DNA from: Candidatus Nanohalarchaeota archaeon
GTDB lineage: Archaea > EX4484-52
Assembly: GCA_030632385.1 (NCBI GenBank)
Contig: DAOVUW010000001.1
Span: 1 to 34,029, forward strand
Direction: 5' to 3'
Length of the DNA: 34,029 bases
Positions 32,773 through 34,029 of the stretch are shown here, piece after piece. A program made the translations under genes and the position numbers. Each line of letters opens with the position of its first letter. Positions within the stretch are counted from its first letter, which is position 1. The notes under the pieces were generated by a model. The model was not told where the DNA came from. It saw nothing but the letters and a program-made list of their open reading frames with translations, and did no database searches.

Positions 32773-33942
32773 TTATTTTACTATTTTTCTGTATTCCTTC
32801 ACATTCAGCATTTTATCTGTCTTCACAAACAATCCGCTCAAATGGCAACGGGATGCATTAAACCCATTTTTTTTTAAACGAGATATCATTTCATTAGTCT
32901 TTAAAATATCCATTTTTGCTGTTTTTCCAAATTCATGGATAGAATAGCAGATTCCATCAATTTCATTTTCTTCTTTTATAATTTCAATGAAATCTTTCAT
33001 TTTCTTATCTTCTGTGTATGAGAGAAGTTTTTTGCAAAATCCTGTATCGTGCAAAGCTCCTGTCCATAAAGGACCCGCATAATTATATTTTTCCCCGCAA
33101 GAACATATTTTTAGATTATTGAACAAATCCAACTCTACAAACTTTCGTTCCATGCATTTTGAACAATAAAGCATGTAACCGATATTTTTCATATTTTCTT
33201 TTAGTTTTCCTTTGGATGATTTTCTTGACTCTCCAAAAAGGCGAAAATAATGCCTTTTTGAAAATGAAAGAAGAGGATGATATATTTTTTCATGCATAGC
33301 AGAAATTATATTTATTTTGGCAATCAAAATTCTTAAAGCAATTTCATGCATATTGTCTATATGCGCAGGCTTTGCAAAATAGCGTATAAAACATGTTTTG
33401 GGATATGTACCGCACAAAGGTGCTGTATCTGTATAAGTTGTTGCAAGAATGGATTTGTGCATTGAATTTGCAAAAAAGGAATTCAGGAAATAAACACTGC
33501 TGCCAAAAGGATCAATATCGACAAAATCAAATTTATTTCTCAGAACCAAACAATTTGCATCTTTTTGGCTAAGAATAATTTTTTTATCGATTAAATCATC
33601 AAGTTTGTTTAGTCTTAAATTATTCTCTATTTGGCTTATTGCCTGTTGGTTTATGTCATTTGAATATATGGAAAATATTTGCTTTTTGTATTTTTTTTCA
33701 ATTTTTTCAAGTTCCTTAAAATATCTTATTGTCCTTATCCCGCTTGCCGCCATTGAATCGCACACCAAATAACTATCTCTTCCCTCTATTTTCGATTCAA
33801 AATTGCACGCCAGAACAAGACATGAAATATCCCTGTTGAATTTCATTTCAGGATTAAAGAAAACCTCTGCTTTGCTGGTAATTTTTTCAAATGCAGGTAT
33901 TTCGACAATTGAATCTTCTTCTTTTTGAATTGAATTTGGCAT
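32773..33942 (-). CDS. trm1: tRNA (guanine26-N2)-dimethyltransferase Trm1
   Basis: FFNPEMKFNRD, DSMAASGIRTIRY, VDIDPFGS, TDTAPLCG, and the Zn-finger CSKC…CSCG followed by GPLWTG. Confidence 0.9.
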   Translation of the reverse strand: MPNSIQKEEDSIVEIPAFEKITSKAEVFFNPEMKFNRDISCLVLACNFESKIEGRDSYLVCDSMAASGIRTIRYFKELEKIEKKYKKQIFSIYSNDINQQAISQIENNLRLNKLDDLIDKKIILSQKDANCLVLRNKFDFVDIDPFGSSVYFLNSFFANSMHKSILATTYTDTAPLCGTYPKTCFIRYFAKPAHIDNMHEIALRILIAKINIISAMHEKIYHPLLSFSKRHYFRLFGESRKSSKGKLKENMKNIGYMLYCSKCMERKFVELDLFNNLKICSCGEKYNYAGPLWTGALHDTGFCKKLLSYTEDKKMKDFIEIIKEENEIDGICYSIHEFGKTAKMDILKTNEMISRLKKNGFNASRCHLSGLFVKTDKMLNVKEYRKIVK

Positions 33943-33999
33943 ACTATCAGAAAAGTTATTATTTTAAAAAATATACCTTTATTATGTATTAAATGTTGA

Positions 34000-34029
34000 G
34001 ATCGCATAGCTCGGTAGTGCGCCAGCCTG
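34000..34029 (+). tRNA. Possible 5' part of a tRNA gene cut by the window end (anticodon would begin with G at 34029)
   Basis: A GC-rich island in an AT-rich spacer reads GATCGCA/TA/GCTC-GGTA-GTGC/G/CCAGC/CT/G. A TATA-like ttttaaaaaatata lies about 30 nt upstream. The D-arm is unusually short and has one mismatch, so the call is tentative. Confidence 0.35.

Noticed and set aside
1-34029. CRISPR arrays, transposases, integrases, toxin-antitoxin or known defence operons
   Set aside because: I found no regularly spaced direct repeats and no ORF with recognisable nuclease, integrase or transposase motifs when reading both strands. The only long repeat is the HPS 3' duplication.

Overview
Gene-dense, AT-rich archaeal chromosome segment with about 38 protein genes on both strands. 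It also holds two complete tRNAs (Asn-GTT, Ala-TGC) and possibly the first 30 nt of a third at the right edge. The information-processing genes are clearly archaeal: FtsZ, uS10, a uS19-uL22-uS3-uL29-aSUI1 cluster, aIF5B, a class I CCA-adding enzyme, Trm1 and Bud32. The broken r-protein cluster, many fused or overlapping genes, a decaying dehydrogenase gene and several orphan membrane or secreted proteins suggest a reduced-genome (DPANN-like) archaeon; this is inference only. I saw no CRISPR array, transposase, integrase or recognisable defence system. The most unusual content is a ribulose-monophosphate (RuMP) pathway neighbourhood at about 7.7-17.4 kb. (1) One uninterrupted ORF fuses a tungsten-type aldehyde:ferredoxin oxidoreductase (AOR family) to two tandem 3-hexulose-6-phosphate synthase (HPS) barrels, and these two barrels carry complementary parts of the catalytic motif set. 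(2) A convergent 759-aa protein is built as HPS'-HPS''-PHI-SIS', with intact-looking isomerase motifs but eroded HPS motifs. (3) Between them, a bacterial-looking DEAD-box helicase cassette is bracketed by a ~195-bp direct repeat of the HPS gene 3' end, leaving a promoterless pseudogene remnant. I read this as a candidate formaldehyde-channelling reverse-RuMP module (F6P to Ru5P, with formaldehyde oxidised on the same polypeptide). I am not aware that this fusion has been described. Other points worth checking: strongly G-depleted C/A-rich tracts, one carrying a 30-codon uORF ahead of the helicase; a 456-bp ORF-poor spacer with a GC-richer island; a PAP2 phosphatase-dolichol kinase fusion splitting a minimal type IV pilus-like ATPase/platform pair; and a 2-hydroxyacid dehydrogenase pseudogene. 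All calls come from reading motifs by eye, since no database search was possible.
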